64,000 nt of DNA from Malacoraja senta (taxonomy: Eukaryota), in assembly GCA_038087875.1 (NCBI GenBank), contig JAXLNO010000655.1, positions 62,001-126,000 of the forward strand. The letters run 5' to 3'. Every line of letters begins with the position of its first letter. Position 1 is the stretch's first letter. Positions 12,590 through 26,206 of the stretch are shown here, piece by piece. Below the pieces are notes generated by a model. That model saw nothing but the letters and a program-made list of their open reading frames with translations. It was not told the DNA's origin and made no database searches. The position numbers and the translations under genes are program-made.

Positions 12590-13595
12590 GATGAACTTGA
12601 TGATGGAGTTTGCACTATGACCAGCTACGCAGTCATGAGTATAGAGTGAGTACAGCAGGGGGCTGAGCGCGCAGCCTTGAGGTGCTCCCGTGTTGATTGT
12701 TATCGAGGCTGACACCATTCCACCAATTCGAACAGTCTGTGGTCTGTGAGTGAGGAAGTCGAGGATCCAATTGCACAGAGATGCGCAGAGACCCAGTTCT
12801 GCGAGTTTGGTAACCAGCTTGGAGGGGATGATTGTATTAAATGCCGAGCTATAATCAATGAATAACAGCCTGACATATGAGTTTTTGTTGTCCAAGTGGT
12901 CCAGAGCAGAGTGGAGGGCCAGCGAGATCGCATCCACCGTTGATCTGTTGTGGCGGTAAACGAACTGCAGTGGGTCCAGGGTTTTGTCGAGGTAGGAGTT
13001 GATTAGCGCCATGATCAACCTCTCAGAGCACTTCATCACCACCGATGTTAGTGCCACTGGTCGGTAGTCGTTGAGGCACGTCACCTTGCTCTTCTTGGGC
13101 ATTGATGTATAATTGATGCCCTTTTAAAGCAGGTGGGGACCTCAGACCTCAGAAGTGAGAGGTTGAAAATGTCCGTTAAAACTCCAGCCAGTTGGTCCGC
13201 ACAGGTTTTTAGAACACGACCGGGTATACCATCAGGTCCAGGCGCTTTTCGAGGTTTCACCCCTCTGAAGGATTTTCTGACGCCGACCTCTGTGACTGTG
13301 ACTGAAATACCATCACAGAGAATGGGGGCTCGAGAAGGCACATCAGTGTTCTCCCTATCAAAGCGTGCGTAAAACGCATTGAGCTCGTCAGGGAGTGATG
13401 TTTCGCCGACATTCGAGCTACCTCCTGATTTTGCCTTGTAGGACGTGATTGCATTTAGGCCCCGGCACAGCTGCCGAACATCCGTCTCATCCTCCAGCTT
13501 GGAGCAGAAGTCCCTTTTGGCCTTTTTGATGGCCTTACCAAGGTTGTATCTGGACTTCTTGTAGACCACTGTATCATCAGACATGAATGCCCGGT
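12590..13595 (-). mobile_element. Rex1/Babar LINE internal RT fragment (frameshifted)
   Basis: [71 protein letters not shown] in ORFs 13081..13662 and 12563..13102. Confidence 0.9.
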
Positions 13596-13609
13596 GTCTG
13601 GTCTCACCA

Positions 13610-13880
13610 GATACAGTGCAGAAACAGGCCCTATGGCCCACAAAGTCCACGCTGACCAGCAATCACCCCGTACTCTAACACTATCCTACACACTAGGGAT
13701 ATTTTACAATTCACCGAAGCCAATTAACCTACAAGAGGAAAGTGGAGAATCTGGAGAAATCACACACAGTCACAGGGAGAACATACAAACTCTGTACAGA
13801 CAGCACCCGTAGTTAGGATCTAATCCGGGCCTCTGGCGCTATAAGGCAGGTACTATACCGCTGCGTCACTGTGCCACCAT
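13610..13880 (-). mobile_element. V-SINE (HE1-like), internally deleted
   Basis: Same family, reverse complement. Confidence 0.75.
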
Positions 13881-14437
13881 TAGGTCAGCTGGATAACTTG
13901 GTCGGCATGGATAGGGTGGGGCTGAAAGTCCTCTTTCCTTGCTATCTAACCCGAAAACGCAATCACGGTAATTCAACACAGGCTTCACGTGGTTAGCAGC
14001 TGTGTATTGGTGGGAACAGCATGCCAAGGGCTCCAATCTAGTGCAGCACCAGTTGTAAATCCCACCCTGCCAGGCTTCCAGAGCTGGAAGGTGATAGTTA
14101 ACCTACTAATGAGAAAAGTATGTGAGCAAGAAAGACAATGTTGCTGCATTCACACTGCTGCCACTACAAGAGTCTCCACTGTTATCACTATTGTTACACT
14201 TCATTCTACAAATCACAGCAATGCTGTAAATGTGCCCCACGAGACCACAACATTAAACCCACGCTTTATATTACAGTTTCAGACCCTCGAGCTGTCTGAA
14301 CAGAAAGCTTCCTTGCTTATACCGCCTTGGCAAATTAGCCTCTTTGGAGCTCTTGTTCTGAAAGTCATTATAATGCAAACTGAAATCAGAGATTTCCTTT
14401 CAAGTGTAGACTGCATGAAGAGCAGTGGATTTATGTG

Positions 14438-14615
14438 GAAGATAGACACAAAATGCTGGAGTAACTCAGCGGGTAAGGCAGCATCTCTGGAGGGAAGGAA
14501 TGGGTGACGTTTCGGGTCGAGACCCTTCTTCAGACTGAGAGTCAGGGGAGAGGGAAACTAGAGATATGGAAGGGTACACAGAGCATGTAAGGTGTGAAGA
14601 GGACAGATCAAAGCA
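14438..14615 (-). mobile_element. Penelope-like terminal repeat (pLTR)
   Basis: Same repeat sits directly 3' of a PLE ORF end at 47885-48325; contains a hammerhead-like core. Confidence 0.7.
14506..14533 (-). ncRNA. Putative minimal hammerhead ribozyme core
   Basis: Minus strand CUGAAGA-A-GGGU-CUCG-ACCC-GAAAC-GUC: CUGANGA box, stem II, GAAA box, palindromic ACGU in place of stem III, GUC cleavage triplet. Stem I is weak in this copy. Confidence 0.55.
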
Positions 14616-15713
14616 CACAATGGTGCCAGCACAATTTCAGGACTTCTCGAACAAGTGATGTATTTCTGATGTCTAGGGAATTAGTCTTATTACCATTCTC
14701 TAGTTTAGTTCAGTTTATTATCGTCACGTGCACCGAGGTACAGTGAAAAGCTTTTTTGTTGCATCCTATTCAGTCAATGAAAAGACTATACATGAAATAC
14801 AATCAAGCTGTCCACAGTGCACGGATACAGTTTAAAGGGTATAATGCTTAGTGCCAGATAAAGTGCAGTAAAGTCCGATTCAAGAGAGATCGAGACTGTT
14901 GGTCAAAGTAAAATGAGGTGTTGTTGGAACTGGATCAGGAAGCATCTGTAGAGGGACCCGACCCAAAACATCACCCATCTTTTTTCTCGAGAGATGCTGC
15001 CTGACCCGCTGAGTTACTCCAGCGTTTTGTGTCTTTCGTCGGTATAAACCAGCATCTGCAGTTCCTTTCTACACATTTATGGAGGGAAATGGGCAAAAGT
15101 CGTTTGGGGTAGAGACCTTTCTTCAAACTATTGATTGTGTTTATTCATTTCCCTGCACTGACCTGACCTGATCTGCTGAGTTTCGCCAGTAATTTGTTTT
15201 AGAAACATAGACATAGAAACATAGGAAATAGGCGCAGGAGGAGGCCATTCGGCTCTTCGAGCCAGCACCGCCATTCATTGTGATCATGGCTGATCGTCCA
15301 AAATCAATAACCCGTGCCTGCCTTCTCCCCATATCCCTTGATTCCACTAGCCCCAAGAGCTCTAGCTAACTCTCTCTTAAATCCATCCAGTAATTTTTTG
15401 CTCAGGTTTCCAGCATCTGCGGCCTCTTGTAACTCCATGGCCAACTTTCCTTGTTGGTTAGCTTAACTTCAGACAGTGCTTGATAAACCAGCTGAACAAG
15501 TCTGTGAGCGGGGTTGCATTATGCAGTAACATTAATTTTACTTTGGAGTCACGTGAGCGACTACGTGAAGAAGACCCGTCAGGGCGCATGGGCGTCATTA
15601 CGTCTGACGCATTGGCACCCGGCTGCAGGAAGAGGAGCTCCTCCTGCAGGTGAGTAGTTTAACAGCTCCACCAAAGTCGGGGAGACTTTGGAGGAGTTAG
15701 TAAAAAGAGAAAA

Positions 15714-16394
15714 TTGTTGCTGTGTTTTGTCCCCACGATACAGGAACAAGGGAAAAATCAACAAGGTGCAGGCGTGCTACGGACAAGGGGAGAGAGAGCT
15801 GTGGGAGCGCAGTCTCTGAATGGCAGCCTGTCACCTCTGGGGAGTCGCAAGCTGGTAGCGGTGCGGCGACAGACTTGGCACTCCCAAGTGCCCAGCCGGG
15901 TACACAGCCAACGCCAGTCGGATGGTAGGCAAAAGCCAAGTCTGTCAGGCCCATTGACTCCGCAGAGTCGGGCCAGGAGAGTCCCGTCCGGGACAGGATA
16001 CCGTGCCCCAGCAGTTATCCAAAAGGAGCAGCTCATACAGGGGCTGCTCCACAAAGCCACACTCCAGGAGGAGTTGTGTGGGCGGGAGGCCGTGGGGAAG
16101 GCTCCGCCGGCAGTGCCTGGTAGAGGCCTGCTTGAAAGCACCCTCTTTCAAGAGGTTAGTGCAGAAGGGCAGATAAGCTCTGACCCTGATTCCGACGACG
16201 ACTTCCAAAGGGAGGGCAGGCAGCTGCCAGAGCTGACACCGTGTGCAGCACGGTACGCCAAGTCGTCGGAAGCTGGTGAGCCTCTGGGTGAGGAACTTGC
16301 CACCAGCATAAATTACCTAGTCTCACATCAGCTACAGGAGCTGACAATGGATGAGACAGTAAGGAAGCATGAAGCCCCAATCAACTGTGGTCTG
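15714..16394 (+). pseudogene. DIRS copy 1 gag-like ORF, 5' part
   Basis: Ends ...HEAPINCGL at the Gypsy insertion and resumes in frame at 28981. Start codon uncertain. Confidence 0.75.
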
Positions 16395-16976
16395 TGTTAG
16401 GCGCTTCCCCCCTGGTGAATGCTATGTACTTACCTTTCTCTGTTTCTTTCCCTAGTGCAGGCCTTGTGGATGTGAGTCTGGAATCAAAGGGGTTAAAAGG
16501 CTCCTGTAGCCCATTGGCCAAGCTGCGTCAGGTGCCAGGTGACTCATCTGAAGCATAAATACCAGAACCTCCCAGAATTCTCTCTCTTCGTCGTCGACCC
16601 TGACTTGTGAGCTGACTGCTGGAGTGAGCTGCGGAAGGCCCGGCCACATGGCATAGAACTTTGTGTACTTTCACGATTACTGATTAACAAATATTGTATT
16701 GGGACGGATAAGGGCTGACCTTAGGGTTTTCGTGTATTTTGTTTCAGGGTTATATATCTTTAGGCAGGTTTCAGAGTCTCTGGTTCGACGGTCCATCACG
16801 TGGCTGGCTGGAGCACCGTTAAATTGTTTGTCAGTCCATCCATATCCCTGACTGGGTTGTTTGAATCAGGTTTGGGTTTTGTGTTCCATTGAATAATTAA
16901 ACTATTTTTTAACTTGAACCTGGTTCTTGAATTATGTTACGCGGCTCTGAAGCACCTGCATTCGGGAGTCGTAACA
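16395..16976 (+). repeat. 5' LTR of Gypsy element
   Basis: TGTTAG...GTAACA; 12 substitutions and no indels versus the 3' LTR by manual count; TATA-like CATAAATA near 16554. Confidence 0.97.
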
Positions 16977-16979
16977 AAA

Positions 16980-16992
16980 TGGGGGCTCGTCC
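16980..16992 (+). promoter_or_regulatory. Primer-binding site, tRNA-Pro type
   Basis: TGGGGGCTCGTCC 3 nt after the LTR matches the first 13 nt of the canonical tRNA-Pro PBS (TGGGGGCTCGTCCGGGAT). Confidence 0.85.
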
Positions 16993-17142
16993 TAAGTTTT
17001 GAGGACCCTAGACGTTTTGGTTTTTTTTTTTGGTAGGCTTCTGGTGACTAAGGCAGTCTGTGTTGTGAGGGAAAATTTTCTTCCCTGTTTGTGGTAGCAT
17101 TGGTGCCCAAGGTTTAGCTGGTGGTTTGGTGCTACATTTGAT

Positions 17143-19072
17143 ATGGAGTCTAAAGGGAAGGAATTTATTGAGGCTCCTAGTCGGGAGTTGTTTGATAGTT
17201 GTACGAAGGAGCATTTGATTTTTCTGGCAGAGAACTATGAAGTTACTATTAACCCACATTCAAAGAAACAGTCCATTAAATCAGTGTTGTGGGCTGCGTT
17301 GGTGGAGGGTGGAGTTTTGCCTGGCTGTGCAGACAGTCCCACACCTTCTGTTCAGCCTGGTCAGGACATGGAGGTAGTCATTAGGTTGAAGGAGTTAGAG
17401 CTGGCAATGAGAGAGGAGGAGACCAAAATGGCAGAGATTAGGCTGCGGGAGAAGGAATTGGATGCCTCCCGGGTTTCTTCTAGGGAACGGGAGTTTGATA
17501 TGAGCAAGAACATCCGCCTGGTCCCCCCCTTTAGTGAGAAGGATGTGGATAGGTTTTTCACAGTATTTGAACGGGTGGCTTTGTCCTTGAAGTGGCCTAG
17601 GGATGTGTGGACCTTGCTATTGCAGTGTGTCCTTGTGGGTAGAGCATGGGATGTGTACTCGTCTTTGTCTGTTGAAAGCAGACTGGACTATGAGTGTGTG
17701 AAGTCTACAGTATTAAGGGCTTATGAATTAGTTCCAGGCGTACCGGCAGAAATTCCGGCGCTTTAGGAAGTTTGATAGTCAGACTTATGTGGAGTTTGCT
17801 AGGGAGAAGGAGGCACTTTTTGACAGGTGGTGCGCTTCTCAAGGAGTGAAGGATGATGGGCAACTGCGGGCCTTGATGATTATGGAAGACTTTAAGAACT
17901 GTCTCCCTGAGAGGGTTACTACTTACCTTAATGAGCAGAAGGTGAATGAGGTGTCTAAGGCCGCGGTGTTGGCAGATGAGTATGTATTGACTCATAAAAC
18001 TGATTTTGTTGGGCGCTCCTATAGTTTTGGTGCACGGCCGGTTGATCGTGGTGGTGTCGCCGGTGGCAGTGTCAAAGGTGTTTCTGTGCCTGCAAGTGGC
18101 AGCACGTTGATACAGGGGGAGGTCCGAGCTGATAAGGTTGACGGAAATTGGAGGACTAACGAAGGTCCTGTGTGCTACTATTGTAGAGGGAGAGGGCACA
18201 TGTTAAAGGCGTGTACCGTTCTGAAGCAGAAAAATGCAAAGCCTGTGGCTTTGGTGGGTACACAGAAGGCACCTGTGGTACCTGAGGTGCCTGAGTCTGA
18301 TGAGTGTAGGGATTATTCTGCGTCCATCATGAATGGTTTTGTTTCTCTGGAGGATGGGGGTGATAGAGTTCCAGTATCCATCTTGCGTGATACTGGTGCT
18401 ACTCAGTCCTTTATATTGGAGAGTGTACTGCCGTTTTCTGGGGAATCATCGGTTGGGTCAAGTGTCCCTGTGGTAGGATTCGGGATGGATGACATGGTAG
18501 TGCCTTTGCATACCGTGAGTCTCGAGTCCGAGTTGGTTTCAGGCCGGGTAACTGCTGGGTTACGGCTGTGTTTTCCCGTTGGGGGAGTTTCAGTAATTTT
18601 GGGGAATGACTTGGCAGGAGGTAGAGTTTTAGTTACTCCTGAGGTGACGGCTGTTCCGATGGTGCAGATTCCTGATAGATTGGCTATGCAGCATCCGAGG
18701 GTCTTCGCAGCTTGTGCTGTCACGAGGGCTATGGCTAAGAGCCAGGCGAAGTTTGGGGATGTAGTGGACCTGAGTGAGAGCATTTTTGGGGATCAGGATG
18801 AGGGATCCTGTGTTGTGAAGGGTCTTTCTACATCTCAAGATGGGATAGTGTCTGGAAATGTGCCGGTGTCGCTGTCACGTGACCGGCTGGTTGAGGAGCA
18901 AAAGAGTGATCCAGGTTTATCTGATCTGTTCGACTGCGCGGTGACTGAGGGGGATATGGATTCCACAGCAAAGGGGTATTTTCTAAGGGAGGGCTTACTG
19001 AATCGAAAGTGGTCTCCCTTGGATATATCTGGGCATGATGAATGGAGCGTGGTTGATCAGATTGTGATACCT
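17143..19072 (+). pseudogene. Gypsy gag (capsid/SCAN-like, CCHC knuckle) and aspartic protease
   Basis: LVPPFSEKDVDRFFTVFERVA..WPRDVWTLLLQ; frameshift near 17740 (LVP[E]AYRQKFR); CYYCRGRGHMLKAC; LRDTGATQS; ILGNDL. Confidence 0.9.
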
Positions 19073-19506
19073 ACATCTAGAAAGAATTAGACTTGTCTTA
19101 ATGGACAAGCAAGAACTTTTTGTTAAAATATGGGCTCCATTCATTGCCTATTTGAAGGGATAGAGTGGCCCAGCGCGAAAGCCCGACTGAAGCTTGAACT
19201 CAGGATTTGATGTAATTATATTTCATAACCTACAAACTTATCTCCTATGACGTATTATAAGTTATTCATTCCACCTCTTTTTCTTTTTTGATATTGTAAT
19301 ACTTCTTTCTCTCTCTTCTTTCTTCTTTCTCTCTATTTTTCTTTTTCTATCTATATTTAAAAAAACCCACTAGAAGCAGAATTAACTGACAATTGACAAA
19401 TTTAATAATGTATGAGTGATTGATGTATATGAAAAGTTTTTTCTTCTATTATAATATGTTACTCTACATTGTAATATGTTTGCTTCAAATAAAAATTTAT
19501 ATCACA
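19073..19506 (+). mobile_element. 5'-truncated L1 (434 bp) inserted in the Gypsy
   Basis: 15-bp TSD CAGATTGTGATACCT (19058-19072, 19507-19521); encodes HLERIRLVLMDKQELFVKIWAPFIAYLKG*, nearly identical to the ORF2 end of the large L1. Confidence 0.95.
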
Positions 19507-21239
19507 CAGATTGTGATACCTCATCGGTATAGGGACGAGATACTCGGTTTGGCTCATGATGGTCCTCTGGGTGGACATTTGGGGGTCAATAAGACATATG
19601 ACCGTATCTTACGGAATTTTTTTTGGCCAGGGTTGAAAAGGGACGTGAAACAGCAGTGCAGGTGTTGTCACATTTGCCAGGTGGCAGGAAAGCCGAACCA
19701 ATCGATTGTTCCTGCGCCTTTATATCCAATCCCTTTGGTCGGTGAGCCGTTTGAGCGGATTCTAGTTGATTGTGTGGGTCCTCTACCTCGGACAAAGGTG
19801 GGCAACAAGTTTTTATTGACAATCTGTGTGCGTCTACGTGCTTTCCGGAGGTGGTCCCTTTGCGTAGAATTACTGCCCCTAGCATTGTGAAGTCTCTCAT
19901 TAAGTTTTTTTCCTTGTTCGGTTTGCCCAAGGTGGTGCAGAGTGACCAAGGTTCCAACTTCATGTCGAAGGTTTTTGGTCAGGTAATGAAGTTATTAGAT
20001 ATTGAGCATTGTTACTCCAGTGCGTATCACCCTGAGAGCCTGGGAGCTCTCGAGAGGTTTCACCAGACTTTGAAATCGATGTTGAGGACTTACTGCCTGG
20101 AGTTTGGAAAAGACTGGGATGAGGGGGTTCATCTAGTTATGTTTGGGGTGCGTGAGGTCGTGCAGGAGTCTTTAGGGTTCAGTCCTGCTGACCTGGTGTT
20201 CGCGCATACTGTACGTGGTCCGTTGAGGGTCCTAAAGGAGAAATGGTTGCAGGAGGATACAAAACGTAGTATTTTAGACCACGTCTGTACCTTTCGGTCT
20301 AGACTGAAGAGGGCATGCAAACTGGTATTGGGTAATCTTGCTTCTACTCAGTCTAGGATGAAGGGGTGGTTCAACAGGAAGGCTTCTAGTAGGAATTTTT
20401 CTCCAGGTGACAAGGTCCTGGTGTTGTTGCCTATTCCTGGTTCCAGTCTGCAGGCTCGGTATAGCGGTCCCTATCAGGTGGTTAATAAGGTTGGTGAAAG
20501 GGATTATGTTATTGGTACCCCTGATCGAAGGCGTAAGACTCAGCTCTGTCATGTCAACATGATGAAGCAGTACCATGAGCAGGAGCCTGTGGAGGTTGAT
20601 GGGGAGGTGCTGTGTCTTTCGGTTTCATCTAAGCCGGTTTTGGCTGCAGTGGTGCTGCCCCCTGACACGGGTGGTGATGTGGGTGAGGCACAGTTGTCTG
20701 TGGCAGTGACGCAGGGAAGGCTGTGTAACTCTGAGGCTTTGGAGTCGCTTCCCTTGCGGTTGTCTTATTTGACTGAAACTGAGCGGGGTGATCTGCTTGC
20801 TTTGGTGGAGTCAAATGGGTCACTGTTCTCGGATGTGCCTTCTCAGACGTCTGTGCTGCAGCATGACATTGACGTGGCCGGAGCTGCGCCAATTAAACAG
20901 CATCCGTATCGGGTCAACCCTGACCGGCGTCATCGTCTAGGGAGTCAGGTTGACTATATGCTGCGGCATGGCATTGCTGAACCTAGTTGTAGTCCGTGGA
21001 GTTCTCCCTGTCTACTGGCTACGAAGGCTAATGGGGAGGACAGGTTTTGCACAGACTTTCGGAAAGTGAATGGTGTAACTAAGCCGGATTGCTATCCTCT
21101 CCCACGAATGGAGGATTGCGTGGATCGTGTGGGAAGTGCATCTTTTGTGTCTAAGTTGGACGTTAAAAGGGTATTGGCAAGTTCCTTTGACTAGGCGGGC
21201 GAGGGAGATCTCTGCGTTCGTTACGCCTGATAACTTTCT
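19507..21239 (+). pseudogene. Gypsy integrase followed by RT N-terminal half
   Basis: HHCC zinc finger (AHDGPLGGHLG..CHICQ), VDCVGPLP, QSDQGSNF, HPESLGALERFH, GPY motif, then PIKQHPYRVNP, SPWSSP, RFCTDFRKVN, YPLPRMEDC. Frameshifts near 19825 and 21160. Confidence 0.92.
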
Positions 21240-21608
21240 ATTATTATTAATATTATTATTATTATTATTATTATTTTTTTTTTTTGATTAATATTTTTAT
21301 TAGAAGCAAACATATTATAAGGTATGGTAACATATTATAATAGAAATAAAACCTTTTCATATACATCAATCATACATTATTAAAATTGTCAATTGTCGAT
21401 TAATTCTGCTTCTAGTGTTTTTTTAAAATATAGATAGAAAAAGAAAGATAGAAAGAAAAAAGCATTACAAATATCATGGGGAAAAAAAAAAGAAGGTGGA
21501 ATGAACTACTTATAATACGTGTTTGGAGATAAGTTCGTAGGTTATGAAATATATTTTTACATCTAATCCTGAGTTCAAGCTTCAGTTGCGTTTTCGTGCT
21601 GGGCCCAT

Positions 21609-24600
21609 CTATCCCTTCAAATAGTTAATGAATGGAGCCCATATTTTAACAAAAAGTTCTTGTTTGTCCATTAAGACAAGTCTAATTCTTTCTAGATGTA
21701 GGGTCTCCGACATTTCCACAATCCACATTTTAATTGTGGGGGTTATAGGACCTTTCCAAAATTTTAATATTATTTTTTTCCCAGTTAATATACTGTAGTC
21801 AAGGAAGTTTCTTTGGTTTGTTGTGAGTAATAAACTTTGTTCTGATATCCCAAGTATTATTAATTTTGAGTCTGGATCCAATTTAGTATTAACAACTTCA
21901 GAAATTATTTCAAAAATATCAATCCAGAAGTTTTTAATTTTTATACAATTGGCAAAAGTATGTGTTAAATTGGCCTCTAGATGTAAACATTTATCACAGA
22001 TAGAAGAAATATGTGGGAAGATTCTATTCAGTTTTACTTTGGTATAATGTAATCTGTGTAAGACTTTAAATTGTATTAAAGCATGTCTGGCATTTAACGA
22101 GCATTGATGTATATGTTGTAAACTTTCGTCCCAAATGTCTTTCGTTATAGAATGACCTAACTCATTTTCCCATGTGTGTCTATATAATTCTATCGGTGGT
22201 ACCTCATTGTTTAAGAGGGTGTTATAAATATAAGCTATTAATTTTTCAGTGTTAGGATGCTTATTCAAACATTCATCAAGAATTTCTGGTTCCCTAGTCC
22301 TATATACTTGTGTATTAGATTTAACATAATCCCTACTTTGTAGATATCTAAAAAAATTATTTGAGTGCAGTCCATGATTCTGTTGTAACTCTTGAAATGA
22401 CAAAAACATGCCTTCCCTATAAAGATGTCCAATCTTTTTAATTCCATAATTTTTCCATTGTATAAAACCTCCATCCAATATGGATGGCTTGAATAAAGGA
22501 TTATTTACAATGGGAAGACATAGTGGTATATTATTCAATTTTAAAGCTTTCTTTAATTGTTTCCAAATTCGTATTCCACTATGTATTATAGGGTTTTCCT
22601 TATAGGTTTTTTTATGCAATTTTGTGGGAGCAAATATAATCGAACCAATTTCAAAAGGTGAACAGTCTTCCTTTTCCATCCTTAACCAATCTGGATATTG
22701 ATCCATTTCTTCCAGCCAGAAATTCATGTTTTTAATATGGACTGCCCAAAAATAAAATAAGAAATTTGGCAAAGCCAAACCTCCGTTGCTCTTTGACTTA
22801 CATAAATGTTTTTTGCTTATTCTATGATTCTTATAATCCCAGATAAAGCTTGTAACAATAGAGTCGACTTTTTTGAAAACGTTTTTTGGGATATATATCG
22901 GAATTAATTGAAATAGGTACAGTAGTTGAGGTAAGAAGATCATTTTTATAGCATTAATTCTACCAAGCATTGAAATAGGAATTGTTTTCCAGTACTGAAT
23001 ATTTTTGTGTAATTTATTAAGTAAGGGTGGAAAATTTAGTTTAAATAAAGATGTATATGTCTTAGTTACATTGATTCCTAAATATTTAAGTTTACCTTTA
23101 ACTATTTTAAAAGGGGATTGTTGCAATGTATTTAAATTGAATTTTGTTATTGGCATGATTTCACTTTTATTCCAGTTAATTCTATATCCTGAGAACTGAC
23201 CAAATTGAGTTATTAGATTTAATAGATTTGGAATACTAGTTTCTAACTTTGTAATATATATTAGTACATCATCTGCATATAAGGAAATGTTATTCCTTGT
23301 ATATCTCGTGTGGTACCCATGTATTCCTGGATGGATTCTAACGCTTTCTGCTAATGGTTCAATGGCAAGAGCAAATAATAGTGGAGATAGTGAACATCCT
23401 TGTCTGCAACCTCTAGAAAGATTAAATTTAACTGATAACATTTGGTTTGTTAGTATTCTAGCTGTTGGATTGGAGTATAACAGCTTAATCCATGTACAGT
23501 ACTCCTCTCCAAGTTGAAATTTTTCCATTACTGAAAATAAATATGACCATTCTACCTGGTCAAATGCTTTTTCAGCATCTAACGATATAATTGCTAGGTC
23601 TGCATTAGGAATTCTATTTGTATATATAATATTGAATAATCTTCTCAAATTATAAAATGAGTAACGTTTTGGAATAAAACCAGTTTGGTCGGGGTGTATT
23701 AATTTGTTAATCACTAAGCTCAATCTATGAGATAGGATTTTGGTTAATATTTTTTGATCAGTATTTAAGAGAGCTATTGCTCTATATGAACCTGGGTCTT
23801 CAGGATCCTTATCCATTTTTGGTATCAGTATGATTGTAGATTCATTTAGAGTTTCTGGGAGTTTCTGTTGAGTATAAACGTATTTGTATAGTGTCTGTAG
23901 GCGTGGAGAAATCAGATCGTAAATGTTTTTATAAAATTCAGAGCTTAGACCGTCAGGACCTGGGGCCTTTCCGTTTTTTAAAGATCTAATTGACTCTTCG
24001 ATGTCTTTTACCGTAATTTCTGCATCAAGTGATTCTCTCTCTTTCTGATCTAAACCTGTAAGGTTACATTTCTGTAGAAATGTTTCCATTCCTGCTGATT
24101 GTTCTGTCGTTTTAGATGAGTACAGTTTTTGATAGTATTGTAAAAATCTATCATTAATATCTTTAGGTAGTGTTAATATTTCTCCCTTGTCTGATCTAAT
24201 TTTGTAAATTGTTTTTTCCCCGTCCAGTTTACGAAGTTGACGCGCTAATAGTTTTTGTGGTTTATCACCAAATTCAAAGTTTCATTGTTTTGTATGTTGA
24301 TATAGTTTTATAACTTGGTCTGAGTATATCTTATTTAACTTATATTTCAGTACTGCAATTTTATTGTGTTTTGCCATAGATGGTGCTATTGCATTTTCTA
24401 TGTCTAATTGCCTTATTTCCGTTTCCAAAGTCTGTCTTTTAGCCCTATTCTCTTTGTTAAGAAATGATTGCGAAGAGATTAATGCTCCTCGCACAAATGC
24501 TTTAAATGTTTCCCAAAAAAGGGAGGCAGAGATTCCAGGGCTATCATTAGCCTCAAAGAACATATTAATCTGTTTTACGAGATATTCATTACATAGTTTT

Positions 24601-25397
24601 TCTTTTAAGATTTGGGGGTTAAGTCTCCATTGCGACTGTGTCTCGGTCATTCCATTTAGTTTAATCATGAATGTTAGTGGAGCATGATCTGATATTATAA
24701 TATTATGATATTGCGAGTTATAGGTAAATGGGATAAGTTTAGAGTCTACTAAAAAGTAGTCTATCCTTGAGTAAGTTTTATGCACTGGTGAGTAAAATGA
24801 GTATTCTCGGCCAGATGGATTTTCAATTCTCCAAACATCCTTAATGTTGGTAGTATTAATGTATGAATTTAGAAATTCACTTGCCTGAGATTTTAATTTT
24901 CTTTGAGTTGATGATCTATCCAAGTAAGCATCCAGTGTACAATTTAAGTCTCCACCGATAATTAAGTTATGTTGTGTACATTCCGGGATAGTGTTAAGTA
25001 TTCTCTTAAAAAACAGGGGGCTATCAAAATTTGGTCCATACACATTAAGGAGAGTTCCTTTTTTTGAATATAACTCCCCTACTAATACAATATATCTGCC
25101 TTCAATATCTTCTATCGTTGATATATGTTTAAAGGGTATACCTTTACGAATTAATATTGCAACCCCTCTAGATTTACGTGAGAATGAAGAATGATACGCT
25201 TTAGCAATCCATTTTGTTTTCAATCTATGTTGTGCTTCCTTTTTAAGATGTGTTTCCTGTAGAAATATTATATCTGCTTTAAGTGATTTTAAATGAGCTA
25301 ATACTTTACCTCTCTTGATTGGTTCATTAATTCCCTTAACATTCCAACTACAGAATTTAATTCCTTCGCCCCCAATTTTCCTATTAACGTCTTGCAT
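21609..25397 (-). pseudogene. L1 ORF2 (APE endonuclease, RT, C-terminal Cys/His) with one internal stop
   Basis: SWNVKG, IFLQETH, GGDLN, SRIDY, SDHAP; GKAPGPDG, SLDAEKAFD, RQGCSLSPLLF, LYADD, KYLG. A single TGA at 24284-24282; frame stays open from 24281 to the ATG at 24089 by hand translation. Confidence 0.95.
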
Positions 25398-26206
25398 CTT
25401 GTGATTAAAGTGGTCTATGTTAGAGCAGATGGCTCAGCACATTAAACCCTACCTTATACCCAAACATCAGGTAGATGAATTTTAAGTCTCGTCGGTTTTC
25501 CATCCGGACATATCTCCCTAAATAAAATATATAATTCCATTCCAAATACAAAATATAATATAACATAAGATAGAAAAAGTAAAAAAAAGTTACATTAATA
25601 GCGTGTAAAGAGTAAAAAAAGAAGAAAACTACAACTATAATTAGTGCAGTTAGTGATAGCCACCCTAATGTGGCTAAGCATCTAAGGACTTCCGTAGCTT
25701 TTGGTAAAAACAAAAAATGTTACTAGCTCCGTACTTTCCTTAAAAGGAAAGTTTCAATTACAATGAAAACAATTTATGGGGGGGATGGAATCTAATAGTT
25801 ATATTCCATAATTGAAATAATTATTAGTCTCCAATTGAAATGTTAGTTGCAAAAAATTAAAAAGCAAACATTGTTAAAGAGTAAAATCAAAAATATCAAA
25901 GAAAAAACGTCCTAAATTTTTATTAATAAATTACCTGAATCACACTATACTTATATTTCATACTTTTAATTAATTCAGATTTGATCCGGTTAACATTAAT
26001 TAGTATTGATTAGTATTCATGATTAGTAATAGTTGTTGGAAATTAGTACTAAAATCTAAATATTATATATTAGTAGCAATCTAATTGCCCAGTTCTTATT
26101 GCAGATTTTGGACAGTTCTTAAGTATAATAGTTTAGAGTTCCATTTCTTCTCTGCAGGGTAACAATGTCCGATATCTTCAGGTGAATGTTGGGTGTAGTG
26201 TATTAT

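Noticed and set aside
13989..14507. 172-aa ORF
   Set aside because: GTG start, no known motif, runs into a Penelope terminal repeat.
17730..17790. Programmed gag-pol frameshift in the Gypsy
   Set aside because: The shift falls inside the capsid motif LVPEAYRQKFR with no slippery heptamer; best explained as a 2-nt deletion.
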